Shown one piece after another: positions 12,611 to 26,927 of a stretch of DNA of 64,000 nucleotides. The notes below the pieces were generated by a model. The model did not search any database. It was not told the DNA's origin and was given only the letters and a program-made list of their open reading frames with translations. Origin of the DNA: Lophium mytilinum (lineage: Eukaryota); NCBI GenBank assembly GCA_010093605.1, contig MU004181.1, positions 186,001 through 250,000 on the forward strand, read 5' to 3'. A program made the position numbers and the translations under genes. The stretch's first letter is position 1, and each line of letters begins with the position of its first letter.

Positions 12611-14469
12611 ATCGAGGTAGATTGGTGAGTGTAGTGTAGAGTTACTAGCTGTGTGTTAAGAGATGCCCTAAAGTGGGTTGTGGTGGATAGTTCAGGGCTA
12701 TGCGAAGGAGGATTAGGGCTACCGTTCGATCGACCAGTTGACCGGTTGATCGAGTTAATTGACAGTTTTGTTAATCAATTCAATCAACCGGCCATCTAAA
12801 AAAGGTTCAATCGATTAATTTAAAGAGGCGCACTTAATTAAATTAATTAATTAATTAATATATAAGTTTATATAAGTTTAGTATTATAGTTTAGTATTAT
12901 TAGAGGCCTAGAGGTCTATAATTCTTAGCCTTTTATTAGTCTACCTATATAAGCTAATAAACTCTATATACTTACTATACTTATACTTACTATACTCTAT
13001 ATACTTACTATAATCTATATACTTACTATAATCTATATACTTTCTATTTTATATAGCCTTAATTTATTACTAAAATATAGAGTTTTTATAATAGCTTCTA
13101 TATAATAGTACTACTATTCTTATTACTATCGCCCCTATACTTATTGCTACTATTCTTATTACCGCTATGCCTTCTACTGCACGCGGCCGCTATACTTAAC
13201 GCCCTTAGTACTATAATGCACGCTATACTAACTCTTCTATTACTACTACTACTACTACTATAAATAAATATAATATTTCTCTATATTTTACCCGCCCTTC
13301 TATAGAGGTATCTATATATTATAATATTACTCTTTAAGAATCTAATAGTAATAATAGTAATATATTTAATACTATTACTAATACCACTACTATAGAGAAC
13401 GCCTACTAGTAATAGTAATAGAAAGCGGCTATATAGCTAGAATACGCTATAATATATAATAGAATTAATTAAACTCGCCTTTCTAGATATTATTAGCCTA
13501 TACTAAGTACTTTTATATAATCTAGTAATTTCTAGTTCTATAGCTATAATATCTATAGAGAAGTAGATAGTAAGCGCTTCTAGTACTATAAAATCTACTA
13601 TCTATAAAAGGCCTATAGCTACTATATCTATAATAGTAAAGGTACTAGAAATTATATAAAATACCTAGCTAAATAATATAGAATATTTCTTAGCTAGTAA
13701 TAAGAATATTTTAAGAAGCTTTTTATTATTAAATAGCTAGCTCTAAGTATAGTAAATCTAGCTAGCTAAAGAATAATTAATACTATTATCTATAGTTTTT
13801 AACCTATCTACTTCTTCTAGCTTCTTATCTAATAGCTAGTATATATAAAGATGCCCTTTCTAGCTATTAAGAATCTATACTTCTATACTCTTTTTATCTA
13901 CCTTAATAATGCTATAGATATAGGCAACTATCTACTTAGTTAAATAGCTACTTATATAATAGTAATACTAGAATATAATTACTACTAAGGTATAATTAAG
14001 AGCCTACTTACTACTATACCTAGAAAGCTATACTTCTCTATAGATATCTAGATATTATATAACTAGAAGATATTACTTAGAATTAATATCTACTTTATAG
14101 ACGCTATAAATATATACTAATTAATAGTTCTAGCGTTACCTAAGCTACTTACTAAGTATAGAGGTATTAATATTAAGAATATAGTATTATAAATATTCTA
14201 AGTATATACTTACTATTATTATATAGCCTTCTATATACTTACTATTATTTTATAGCCTTCTATATACTTACTATTATTATATAGCCTTCTATATACTTTC
14301 TAGATAGTTTAGTAGCTAATATATATCTTAGCTCTTTAAAATTTACTTTAATTAAGTTGGCTATATTATTACTAATAACGCGTTAAATCTTAATATATTT
14401 ATACGCGATATAGTGTTCTTTAGTATTAATAAACTTAAATAATAGCTGCGCTACCTTAGCTATATTATT

Positions 14470-14679
14470 TATAGGGGGCTAATATAATATAAATAATAAG
14501 GTATATTAACTATTATAAAAATCTAAGCTAAGAAAAAGAGAGAGAGCTAGAAGCTCTTAAGAGGTTATAGTTTAAGGCCGGCGTACGGGCTATAGCCTAG
14601 CGCGCCTCGCTTAGGTTACGTAAGGGCAGCACGTAACCTAAGTATATAATTATTAGAATTCTAGGTTTATACTATAATA
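14470..14679 (-). repeat. 3' LTR of the Gypsy element
   Basis: Direct repeat of 21965-22174. I count 17 differences, all C/T or G/A transitions. Confidence 0.92.
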
Positions 14680-17600
14680 CTACCCCCTTCTTTATAAGCT
14701 AAAGTTCTATAAGGCTTATAATATATTATAGCTCCTTTATCTATTCTATTCTATCTATATTAAGCCGCTTATGCAGCCCTTCTATTATTATACTTACTAT
14801 TATCTATAGCTGCTTATATAGCCTTACTATATCTATTATTTCTATACTTATATTTATTCTTATATTTATTCTTATATTTATTTTTAAGCGCTGCAAGCGG
14901 ACTATATAAATTAACCTAAAGCCTATTATTAGCTTCTACCTATTAGAGTTTTACTTTAGGTTACCTATATAGAATAGCCTTCTTATAAGATAACTTAGCT
15001 ACCTAATAAGGTTACTATTTATACTTACTTAGGCTAGTACTAAGAATATTCTATAGGCCTACTATTGCTATAGTAGCACTTATACTTTTATCTATTATTT
15101 TTGTAACCTTCTACTTAGACATGCTAAATATTAAATAAGGTTCTAGTTTAAGGCTATATTTTGCGTAGTATTCTATAAGGAGTTTATTATAACTATTAGT
15201 ATTCTAATAGGGTTTCTATTTAGGCTATATATTATTATATCTAGTCTAGGCTATTCTATAGACTAAGTAAGGCTTCTTACCTATATAGAAATTAAGGCGT
15301 TAGCTATTAAAGTAGAAGTCTAATATCTTATTAATATAGTATTCCCCTATAAAGCTATCTTCTTCTATCTTAAGCATAGGTAGGGGTTCTAGATATTATC
15401 CTAGAAGGGGAGGATTTTTATTAATTTAATAGAGTAACTATAGATAGAATACTAGAAAGATTCCCTTTATAGAGTTAGAAAGTTCTAACTTATAGGCTAT
15501 ATTATTAATAACCCGTGTTATATAAAAGGGACTAAGATTCTTATAGTTAAGTAACTTACTTAGCTGCGTAGTATAAATATTCTTAGTATTAAGTATAACT
15601 ATATTATTAACCTTAAACTTAGGGGCTAGTAGGCAGTTTTAGTTAGCTAATTTCTTTATTTTAGATTAATTCTAGTATAGTTCGCCTTTAAGAAACTTGC
15701 GTAAATTATAGATCTATATAATAAGCTTTTTAGCAGCGTCTACGCCTTATTTCTCCGGGCCTAGCATAATAATTCTATAGAAGAAAGATTTAAGACTACT
15801 TCTAGGCATATATTCTTTAGTAGCTTTAAATAGTAATATACTAGTAGACTAATTAATATTAGCATTAGCCTTAAATTTAGTAAAGGTAATAAGGTTTATC
15901 TAGTTATCTTATAGGTAATAAATATACGCGCGCAGGTACTACTTTAGGCCTGTATTAATAATTTTAGTTTATCTATTAGTTTCTAGATAGGCTATAGTAG
16001 ATAGCTTTAAATATATTTCTATACGCTTATATAGGTACTTCTAAAAGAAAAATATAAACTACGCGCTATAGTTAGATATAATATAGTCTAGATAGCTTTC
16101 CTTACGCTAGATTTAGTTAATAAAGGCCTATATAATATCCTCTAGCTCTATAGAGTTTAGCGGAATAAACTTATACTTTTTAGAAAGTTAATTAATAACT
16201 ACTATAATGTGTTAGTATATATAGCCCTTAATAGTATAAGAAGGCAGCTTAGTAATAAAGTTAATAGAGATATCTATCTAGTATTAATTTAGAATAGGTA
16301 ATAGCTTAAGTAAGCTATATTTACTATCTTTATAGACCTTAGTATATCTATATATTTAATAGGCGTTAATATATATAGTAATAGAGTTTATAATACTAGG
16401 CTAGTAGTACTAGAAGAAGAGGTAATAATAGAGGGAGTTTCTTCTAGTATAGCCTCTAGAAAGAGAGTTATAGGCTTTCTTAATTAACTATATATAGAGC
16501 TTTGCGTTATATAAAATATATAGGCGGCCGTTAATAAATAGCCTATTTTTATAGATCTTGCAGTTACTAAGCTTAATTTTAATTTCTTATTTCTAAATAA
16601 GTTTAAGAGGAATTTATTATTTACCTATCTCTTTAGTATATATAATACGCTAGAGGATATTATTCTCTATATATATATAATTAATCTACTAAATAGTAGT
16701 ATTATTAGTATAGTCTTCTAGTAAGTCCTTATTTAACTTATTACTAGGCTTAGATACCTTTAGTACTTCTTCTTTAGTAGGGTCTATAGGTTTAGGGGCA
16801 ATTAGCGCGGTAATATTAGAGGTAGTATTCTATAGATCTTTATCTAACTTACTATATTTAGCTACAGCCTTAGCTAAGCGCTTCTTTTCTCTAGTTTTAT
16901 TAGCGGCTAGAATAATATATAGAATATTAGTTAGATACTATTTAGCTATTTTATATATAAGCTAGGCTATTTAAATAATAGAAACTTTCTATTTATTTAG
17001 AAGTATACTAGCGAGCTAGAGAGCTTAGTATATACTATCTAGTAGATTTCTCTTCTTTAAAATTATTTACGTTTAATATATAGTTCTAGAATTATTTAAA
17101 TTATTTAGAATATTACTAGGCCTATAAGTAAGGCTATTAGACTTAGTTAACTACTTACCTAGTCGCTAGTTTAGGATAAAGTTAAATTAAGAAAGGTACT
17201 TAGCCTAATAGGCTTATTAGCGGTTTAATTATTTAGAAAATATAAAGTATTCTAGGTTCTTATAATCTATTTATATAAGCGTAGGGTTAATTATACTAGT
17301 AAGCTTAGGGCGCTATTCTTTAAAGGTATAGATAATAGTAAGTAACTTCTTATTATATATCTTATAGTTGCACTTAGCTAGAGTTATTTTCTTAGAAAGA
17401 AAGGCGACGGGGCGGAGGATTCTATCTAGGCCTTATTAAGAGAGGATAGCGGTAATAATATAGTTAGATGCGTCTATTTCTAATATATAGTCTAGGTCTA
17501 GATTAAAATAGGCTAAGACTAGTACTAAGAGAAAAAAGGCTTTAAGCTTCTTAAAGGCTTACACTACTAGACTATTAGTAAGTAAGAGAAAATTACCTTA

Positions 17601-20600
17601 TTCTATAGTTTTCTTAGTAAGCTTAGTTAATAGAGTAGTAATTTATAAGTATCCTGTAATAAATTATTAATAGAAGTTATAGAAACTAAGAAATAATTAT
17701 ATATTCTTAATATTACGCGGTAGCTTCTAGTTCTAGATAGCGCTAACTTTATTTAGGTCTATTTCTATACTATTAGGCGTAATAATAAGTCTAAGATACT
17801 TAACGCGTTTAACTAAAAAGTAGTATTTATTAATATTAAGAAAGAGTCCTATATTATATAGGGCTATAAGAATATTTATATAGTCTCTTTTATAGTCCTC
17901 TTTATTATTACTATAGATAAGAATATTATCTATATAGGCTATATAGTAGACGTCTAGATATAGATAAAGTATAGAATTAATAAAGAATTAGAATATTCTA
18001 GAAGTATTATATAAGCTAAAAGGTATAATATTAAATTTAAAGATACTATATTAGGTATAGAATACTATCTTAGGTTAATTACTATTTTTAATATAGATAT
18101 TATTAAAGGCTGTAATAATATTAAAGATAGAGTATATCTTAGCTTTATAAAGCTATATAATTATATTATATAAAAGAGAAGAAGTATTTCTATTCTTAAC
18201 TATAATTTTATTTAGTAAGCGGTAATTAATATAGATATAGAGTCCTCCGCCTAGTTTATAGATAATAATAACCGGCGCTATAAAGAGTAAGGTACTAGAA
18301 TAGATAAAGCTTTTACTAAGTATTTTATTAATATAGGCTTTAACGGCCTATAATTTATTATAGAAAAGGCTATACTAATATAGAACTAGTAGTTTTGCAT
18401 TAGAGTCTTTAAAATTAATAGCGTAATTAATACTAGGCCTATATAGAGGCAGCTTATTAGCTACTTATAGATTAAATATATTTAAAATCTAGTAAAAGAA
18501 GGGAGAAACCTTCTATTATAGCTAGTCCTTAGTATATAGTAATTTAGTTATTTTCTCTTTAAACCGGCGGTAGTCTTTAGTAGTAATATCTACTAGGTTT
18601 ACTATCTATTATCTATATATGTATTACTTATCTATATTCTATAGTTAATCTAGTTGCTTAAAATCTTATAAACTAATAGTTATTACTATATCTTTATTAT
18701 ATTTTACTATAATAGAATAGGTATATATAGAAATAAATTAAATATTATATACTAGCGGCTTATCTAGTAGAACTAGTTTAGGCAGGAAAGGCTTACTATT
18801 ATAATTAAGCTAAGGGGAGTCTTCCGCGTTATTAGGGCCTTTAATAGTTAGGGTAAGGTTAAAGTTAAAGTTAGGGTTAGAATTAGAGTTAGAGTTAGAG
18901 TTAGGGTTAGAGTTAGAGTTAGGGTTAGAGTTAGAGTTATATTAAGAGCTATAGAAGTCGCCTAGATTCTAGTATAGTTTAATTTTAATATATTTTAAAT
19001 AGATAAGGCTTTTTATAATAACTAGCCTGCTATAATAGAGGTAGTTAGATATATAATAGTTAGATTAGAAGATAAGTTGCGTCTTTCTAAAGCTAATAGT
19101 AGGGTTATAAAGTTAAAGCTAGAGTATACCTAGAATTATATTATATTAGCTAGTATTAGTAATATAGTAAATAATAGTATTATAGTAGTTACCTATATAG
19201 AAGGTAATATCTACTATATAGTCTAATATAATAAAGGGTTTACTATTAGTAAGCTTAAGAATAATAGGTTATAAAAGGGGTTAGGTAGGTATCTTATAAA
19301 GGCGCGCGGTCTTTAAATAAAGAAACTAAGAGCCTAATTCTATATTAGAAAGAATTTTAGTAGTAAATAAATTAGAATTAGATTAGAGAATACTACCTAA
19401 GAAGCTAAACTATTTACTATTAACTAGTTAAGGCGTAAGTATAGATATACGCATAATAACTAGCTTAATTTCTTATTCTAAAATAGTAATTCTATCTATA
19501 ACTACTCTTAATTTTCTATTATTAAAGGCTATTAAAGGTTCTTAGTAGCAACTATTACTAAAAACTAAGTATTTTCTATTATCTTATTATAGGTAGAGCT
19601 AGTATTTATAGCGCTAATATTAACGCCGGTAAGGTTAATCTTATCTATAAGGCCGCTAACTTTATAGATTAGAACTAGCTATTAGCTAATATATAGTATA
19701 TTACTATTAGCTATATATCCGCGCTTAAGGTAGTTCTAGTAGCGGCCTAGCTACTTAAGGCGCGTAATAGTACGGTAATTATAGCTAAAGGGGCCTAGAG
19801 AGTTATTTATAATAGTAGTATTACTTAAGGTAGTATTACTAGTATTATTCTTAGATATATACTTAGCGTTAGTAAGTAGCGGGTAGTAAGGCGTAGTAGA
19901 GCTAGCGCTAGTAGCTTTATAAGTATTACGCGTAGACTTAGAGCTATTCTTCTCTTTATAGGTATTCTTATTTAGCTTAATAATATTAAGCTATAACTCT
20001 AGAGTCTATAGAAAAGTAATAAAAGTTATTATATTAGTATTCTATCTATTAGTAGCCTTATACTTAAGGCTATTAGTAAGATTATATTATATATAGTAGA
20101 TCTTCTTAGAGTCTTTAAGATAGAGGGAGGCTATACTAGTATTAAAATATTCTACCTAGGTTATAACGCGCTTATCTTTCTCTTATATAAACTTACTATT
20201 ATATAAATTAGTGCATATATTAGCTACTTTATTAAAAGGTCTATAGATCTTATTAAGGTTATTAATTAGTTTCTCTATAGAGAGGTATAGCTTATTACTA
20301 TTAGGTTTAGCGCGGTAGAAGATTATATTAAATACTTTACTCTTAAGCCTATTACAGACGTATACTATATAATAATTAGTAGTAGCGTATAGTAGTGTAT
20401 AGATATCTAGCTTACTAAGTACCTATATACGCTACTACTAGTAGAATAGCTTATTTTTATTACTACTACTAAACTTATCTAGGTTAGAATAATAAGATAT
20501 TACTATATATATGTCTAGATTCTAAATAGATATAAATAGAGTAGTAGACTTACTCTTAATAGAATTAAACTATAGAGGTTAGCTAATAGAATAACAGTAA

Positions 20601-21964
20601 ACTAGTACTGCGGGCGTAGAAGAGCGGGTGCTATTATTATTATTATTATCTAAATTATAGTTAGGGTTTAAGGGCTATAGGTAAGCCTATTAATAAAGCT
20701 ACTATTTAAGCTTCTTAATATAAGTAGTAAGCTTCTTATATATCTCTTTAAGAGTCTAGTACTTACTATACTAGTAATTATAGCGTAGGCGCATCTAGTT
20801 AAGCTTAAGGTTAGCTTAATAACTACTTATAACTTACTATAGCTACTTAGTATAATAGGCCTCTAGTTCTTATTCTACTATAGTAGTATTATTAGTAGTA
20901 TTCTATTTATACTTTTAGTATTTATTCTAGAGTTTATTATAGAGCTTATCTTTATTATTAGCTTTTTTAAAGTCTACTTTATACTCTATATAGAGCTTCT
21001 AGAAGGATTTCTACTATACTAGGTTATCTTTATTTACTATAGTAGTAAATTTAATCTTATTAGTAACTATAGTATTAATAGTAGTTATACTATTACTATA
21101 ATAGTTAAGAAGCTAGACTAGTAGCTATATATAGCGCTATAGGTTAGTTTCTTATAGTTTCTCTAGAATATCTATATACTTAGGTTTAGTATTTAGAACC
21201 TATTTAGTCTTATAATATATAACTAAAATAGAGGCTTATTAGTCTACTATAGATACGCAGTAATAAGTAGAATATAGCTTACTACCTCTAGCTTATATTT
21301 TATTTATATTATCCTTAGTAATAAACTATATAGCGCGCTTACTAAGAATATTTACGCTAGGTATAATAAAGCCTTCTTTATTATTAGAGTTATAGTCTAG
21401 GTTAAGTTTATTAGTAATAGTCTAGGTCTAGTTCTAGTTAGAGAATCTAGTAGTATTAACTTATTTATCCGCTAGGCGTTTAAGGCGCTAAGTATTAGCG
21501 CGCTAGGTATTATTTATTATCTATAAGGTAGCTAGAAGAGTTATAGAGTCTTAGGTCTATTCTTAGGTATTTAAAATTAGTTCTCTAGTTCTATAGTAGA
21601 AGCTAGAAATAATAACTAGAGTAGAAGAGCTTTTAGCTACACTATAGAAATATATAAGGCGCGTAGTATAGCAGGCTTTCTTATTACTAGTAGTTAATAG
21701 AGTTATAGAAGTATTTAGGTTAGCGCTACTTATAGTACCTAGAGTCTTTAGGTTATTTTAAAGCTTAGCTATAGTAACTAGCTTATTTAAAGGAGGTAGT
21801 ACTAGATTATAGTTTACTAGGTTAGATTTAGGTACCGCGTGTAGCTATATAGCTAGGCTAGCAGAAGGGTATTTAATTAGTTTTAGTAAAAACGCCTAGA
21901 TCTTATAATAGAGTTCTAGAAAAAATTAATAAGATTCTAAGTATAGAAGAGTAAGCTTAGATTA

Positions 21965-22174
21965 TATAGGGGGCTAATATAATATAAGTAATAAGGTATA
22001 TTAACTATTATAAAAATCTAAGCTAAGAAGAAGAGAGAGAGCTAGAAGCTCTTAAGAGGTTATAGTTTAAGGCCGGCGTATAGGCTACGGCCTAGCGCGC
22101 CTTACTTAGATTATATAAGGGTAGTATATAATCTAAGTATATAATTATTAGAATTCTAGGTTTATACTGTAATA
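21965..22174 (-). repeat. 5' LTR of the Gypsy element
   Basis: Direct repeat of 14470-14679; termini TAT..ATA are consistent with RIP-mutated TGT..ACA. Confidence 0.92.
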
Positions 22175-25100
22175 TTATTAACCTTATAGTCGCCGCGCTA
22201 TTTACTAGTAAGTAGAAGAGTAACTTTACTACTTATTATAAGTATAATATTTTTAATAAATATATAGTAACTAAGCTATAAGTCTAGTAGTAGCTTAGTC
22301 TAATTATAAAGCTTTACTATATTATAATATAGCTATTTAATAGTAAGTAGCGCATATAACGCCTTATTACGCACTAGATAGATACTAGTAAGAAGAATAG
22401 CCTTCTTTCTATTAAGCCTATTACTACTAGGTAGAATATACTTAAAGCTATAATAGAGCGTAGCATTTAAATATAGGCATCTCTAGATACTATAGTTATA
22501 GAGAAGGTTATTAGTATATTATATCTATTCTATATATACTATAGCTTATTATATTCTTTCTATTTTATTCTTTCTATTTTATTCTTTCTATTTTATACTT
22601 CTTTTTTTATACTTTCTATTTTATACTTTCTATTTTCTATATACTTACTATATATACTTACTATACTCTATAGCCTATTATATAATACCTACTAATATAT
22701 ATATAGAGTAGAATACCTATTAGACTACTATTATCTAAAATAGTATATAACTACTACCTATAAAATAGCGCTTATAGCTAAAGATTATTAATAACTACCT
22801 CTTAGATAATAACTAGATTATAATTATATAGTATCTATAGCTTTTAAAGCTATTTAAAATCGCTATAAAGCGCCTTAAGAGTTATATTTATAAAGAAAGA
22901 GAGGGATCTCTATAGAAGATTCTACCTATATTTAAACTTCTACTAGCTTATCTTAAAAAAAGTAAGATTTAGTATACCTTATACCTAGAAGCGCACTTTA
23001 AAAATAGTATTAATCTAGGTATATATTAGACGCTATATAAAATAGAAAGTATAAATAGAAAGTATTTAGATAAATAGAAAGAATAATCTATATACTTTCT
23101 ATTTATCTATATACTTATAGTTTCTTATATACTTTCTATTTCTTATATACTTACTATTTTCTATATACTTTCTATTTTATATAGTCTATCTATATCTAAC
23201 CTTATATTAGCTAATCTTTAATAGCTTAAATAAAGCTTAAGAAATACTACTATTTTTCTAACTACTCCCCTATATATATTACTGCTATTATTCTTTATTC
23301 TATGCATAAATAGATATAGATAGAGAAGAGGTAGCTAATAAACTAGATTAGATCTACCTAAGAGAAGGTGCTATAGCTATAGAACTTAAAGTATAAAAAC
23401 CTAGTAATTATTTAGCCTACGCCTATTTAATAAGAGGCTTTAGCTTATAATAATAATAAATAGTTTAGTACTAGCTTTATAAGTAGCTTTTTAAACTTAA
23501 TACTAGAAATACTAAGCTTAGGTATAGGCTGTAATAATAAGTATATAAGGTAGCTTACCTAGAGTAGTTATTATAATAATATCTAGGTAACTAATCTAGT
23601 ATAGTATTAGGTTATAGAGCTTAAACGCTTTAAGTTTCCCTAGCTAGTATAGATAGCTCTTAATTATATATTAGTTTCTACTATAAGTATATCTAATAAA
23701 TAAGACTTTAACTAAACTAGCCTACTCTAAAACCTAAGAAGATTCGCCCTATATACTAATATTATTAGCGCCTATATATTACTATCTTTATAGAATAAAG
23801 AGGGGGTAATTAATCTACTAGATAGTTAACTTATATAAGAAAATTAACTAAAGTAATATTAAGCTAATATAATTAAGGCATCTATTAAGGATATTAATAT
23901 TAATATTAATATTAACGTTAACGTTAACGTTAATATTAATAAGAACGGTAATACTAAGAAGGATAGTACGGATAAAGATAATAATTAATTATAACTTAAT
24001 ACTATATATATAAATCTATAAAGAATCTTTACTATTATTTTATTAATTAATTAATTACTTTAATTTTATATTAATTAATTTAATTAATTATAAATACTAC
24101 TAACTAAGGCTTTAATTTATTTAATTGTAACGTGTCTAGTTAATTAATTAAATAGACGGTAGCCCTAAGGAGGATAGTAAGAAACGAGGCTTCTTAGAGA
24201 AGAGTAATTATAGACAAGATCCGCAAAAGAGAACTATAAATGCGAGCTATCGTAAGGAATTGGAGTGTGTTGGATAGGTTAATGATTGACAAAGCTTGAA
24301 TAGATTTTGTTGGACTGTAATTGTTGAGGGTCTGTTCCAGCAAACCGCCCATTAATCCAATTGTGGATTGGACGGTCTACTGACCACGCTGCTTCCAAGC
24401 AAACTCGCTAAAACATAGCATACCCCTCCATTGAACGTATTGAACGGATTTTCTGTGACCCGGTAGACAATCTCATTAATCCATAGACCTTTGAAGCGCT
24501 AAGCTCAAACCTCTCGCATTCACAGTACCTGTATGTGGGCTCGGGGTGGTCAAGGTATCGCAGCAAAACTTGACCTTCAGCAACCATTAGTTCGGCAGCT
24601 TCCCTCCGCTCGTTCTCCCAACAAGAAAAGTCTCTTGAAACGCTTATCCAAATGCTTAGATGTTCGCTCGATCCCGTCTGCCGCCAGCGGAACCACGCCA
24701 CGCAGAGAAACCTAGACGGCCACATAAATCGTCTCTCGATTGCGTTGTCCGGGGAGGTCGGTCGTGGAGTGTTTTCGGCATCGGTAGCTTCATCGTTATC
24801 ATCGCGTTCCAGGTCAGAGGCTTTATTTTATCACTGCGGCCGTTCGCGATCGGTGCTTCTTCTCCTTGCTTCTTGATTGATCTGGAAGGCCAGGCAGACT
24901 TGCTCACGCGCTGGCTGCTGTTCAGGCCTGCAGCGCATTGTCAGAAGCGCCACTTGCAGATGCTAAACCAAAGGGCTTACCATATCCCAGCGTCTCCGTT
25001 CTGTTTGGAGTACCCCTACGCCTCCTCTCGCGCGACAACTCCAGTCGCTGTTCAAGCCATTTCCGGCGTAGCCGACGGACAGTTTCTCGTTTTACGCGGA

Positions 25101-25565
25101 TTCGAGGGCTCCGTTGGGCACCCATGATGAATAGCGCAAAAGTAGGATTGTGATAGAAGCGTGAGAGAAGCTGTGAGTACGTGAAGAGCCTGGAAGATTG
25201 ATTTTGGTGATGTGCTGGTTCAGACGCCCGTGCCGATCCAATCTGATAACTAGGTAGCGCCGTAAATGCAGAATTCGGAGCCATCGCGAGAATTTGCTAC
25301 TTCACAGTAAGATGGGATATGCATATACGCGAGCAGAAGGTTTCTCTTTTTACTCTTCCATTGTCACATTATGTTACACTAACCACCATTAATAGGTTCG
25401 ATCTTGCACTCGACGCTCTATAGCAACAAGACGCAGTTTCTCGTCGGCCATCGCCGAAGACATATATCAAGAAACTCCCTATACATCGAGAAGACCCTCA
25501 ACACAGTACTTCCCCCATCAACGCCTCCGGTCTCGTCGGTTGATCGAAACATCTACGCCATCCTA

Positions 25566-26927
25566 CTACTCTTCAGCCGCTCCCTCTGCCTCGCTCGCCG
25601 CCTCGATGTTCGCGATCATGTTATTGCACCGCCGATTGATGGCAGCCGCTCGATCCTCTATCTGCTTCAACGAGAGCGGGACTTGGCCGGCCGCCTTTCC
25701 ACACAGCTGTGCTCGCCTCATCAGGTCGTGAAACCGGACGTTCCGGCCTTTGCACAATGCGTCGAAGACGATCTCGAAACGATTCTGCCCGTACGCTTCG
25801 CGAAGAGGCGTGAACAGCTTCTCCGTTCGGCCTTGCACCAAGTCTTCGAATAAGGATTGGCACTGCGCCTCGAACTGGTCCTGTGAATCTCCTGCTTCGT
25901 ACACGTATGAGCAGCCGGTAATCGTGAGCCGGCGCAGGCTGGAAAGTAACAGTAGGTAGTGGAGTAGGAACTCTGACGAGCCATCCACGACGTTTATGGT
26001 TACGCGCCGGATCTCGTGAACGAACTTAGGCTCCGTCCGGTCCAAGAAGTCGCACATCACGTAGCCAGTCCCGAATTGGAAGCCGTTAAGTCTCCAGAAG
26101 GATTCATCCACGATGTCTCTGATCTTCTTATTCGTGCATCGGAGTGTCATATATGAGGTGACGTACTCTCCACCAAAACTATGATCAGCGATAGCGAATC
26201 GGTTAGGCACGTTCACCTCATCGCCTTCGGTCGTTTCGATGATGACATCGCCTCCTACGCCGACTGCTTTGCTGAAGATGTCGATCAGAATCTCGGTCGG
26301 GAGATCGAGTAGGAGAAGGGGTTTCTTGTTCTCTTTATCTGCATCGGGGTCTTCTTTCCTGTCAACTTCCATTACAACCTCGTCCTCGTCGTCCAAGAAA
26401 ATGATGGTGCTGGCTTCCGATACATCGTCCCGGAGATCGTCGTTGACAGAAGACGTAGTGATGGTGGCAATGGCAGCTCTTGCGCAGACGTTCGTGTTGA
26501 CAATCAAATCCCCTTCGGATCGACTACCCGTACCGTCATCTTTAATCGAGCTAAGAGGTTCAAGCTGCATCGTACTCCTGAGGCTGATGGCACTGGCATC
26601 CACCAGATCTTCGACCTGTTCTCCAGCATCGACTTCCATATCCTCGTCTGACGAAATGGTGGAGTCCTCATTCTGGAAAGAGCCTGCAGCCAAGAGGTCA
26701 TCCGTGCCAGTATGTAGACCCAAGGTACCAACTTCCTTCGGAACCTTGGCCCTTTTCGATCGCATGACCAGGTGTTGGTTCACCGACCCCTGGGCAAGAC
26801 CGAAAGCTCGATTGGCTTTAAGCTCTAGCCTCTGTTGCTGTCGGGCTCGGTGAGCTTGCCGCTTCAAGCTTGACTTCTGGGCACCAGTCTTTCGCGAACG
26901 GGACGACCAAGGGTACGTGACAGCCAT
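25566..26927 (-). CDS. F-box-like family member B (453 aa)
   Basis: Intact ORF with a basic N-terminus, acidic linker, LLLLDLPTEILIDIF F-box-like motif, then AVGxGGD / ADHS / YMTLRCTNK / LSSLRRLT / FDA / RRA family motifs. By eye it is closest to member A. Confidence 0.88.
   Translation of the reverse strand: MAVTYPWSSRSRKTGAQKSSLKRQAHRARQQQRLELKANRAFGLAQGSVNQHLVMRSKRAKVPKEVGTLGLHTGTDDLLAAGSFQNEDSTISSDEDMEVDAGEQVEDLVDASAISLRSTMQLEPLSSIKDDGTGSRSEGDLIVNTNVCARAAIATITTSSVNDDLRDDVSEASTIIFLDDEDEVVMEVDRKEDPDADKENKKPLLLLDLPTEILIDIFSKAVGVGGDVIIETTEGDEVNVPNRFAIADHSFGGEYVTSYMTLRCTNKKIRDIVDESFWRLNGFQFGTGYVMCDFLDRTEPKFVHEIRRVTINVVDGSSEFLLHYLLLLSSLRRLTITGCSYVYEAGDSQDQFEAQCQSLFEDLVQGRTEKLFTPLREAYGQNRFEIVFDALCKGRNVRFHDLMRRAQLCGKAAGQVPLSLKQIEDRAAAINRRCNNMIANIEAASEAEGAAEE

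Larger units (their letters stand above)
14470..22174 (-). mobile_element. RIP-degraded Ty3/Gypsy LTR retrotransposon nested in the hAT element
   Basis: 210-bp direct LTRs; 5-bp TSD TTATT (14465-14469, 22175-22179); PPT (AAAGAAGGGGGTAG on minus) next to the left LTR. Minus-strand relics occur in Gypsy order: RT (YIDNILIYS from YIDDILIYS, ~17910-17960), RNase H (xDASNY..ILRPVAFLSK, ~17390-17480), integrase (KLSTxAYLETN from KLSTAxHPETDG, ~15970-16010). Confidence 0.92.
12714..24167 (+). mobile_element. RIP-degraded hAT-superfamily DNA transposon, interrupted by an LTR retrotransposon
   Basis: TIR TAGGGCTACCGT at 12714-12725, inverted copy at 24156-24167. 8-bp TSD AGGAGGAT at 12706-12713 and 24168-24175. 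Back-mutating RIP changes at about 23620-23790 (+) gives FPQLxxMALDY..VPAxS..NERDF..RRF, like the hAT C-terminal dimerisation domain. Extreme AT/TpA richness. Confidence 0.9.

Noticed and set aside
18847..18939. TTAGGG/TTAGAG hexamer run resembling an interstitial telomere
   Set aside because: It lies inside the Gypsy pol region upstream of RT and is mostly TTAGAG. It is best explained as a low-complexity dipeptide-coding repeat pushed toward this pattern by RIP.
24408..25284. Possible seventh F-box family member between the hAT element and member B (PKTLHDRPP)
   Set aside because: The resemblance to PTELLDLPP is superficial, and none of the downstream family motifs appear in any frame I read.
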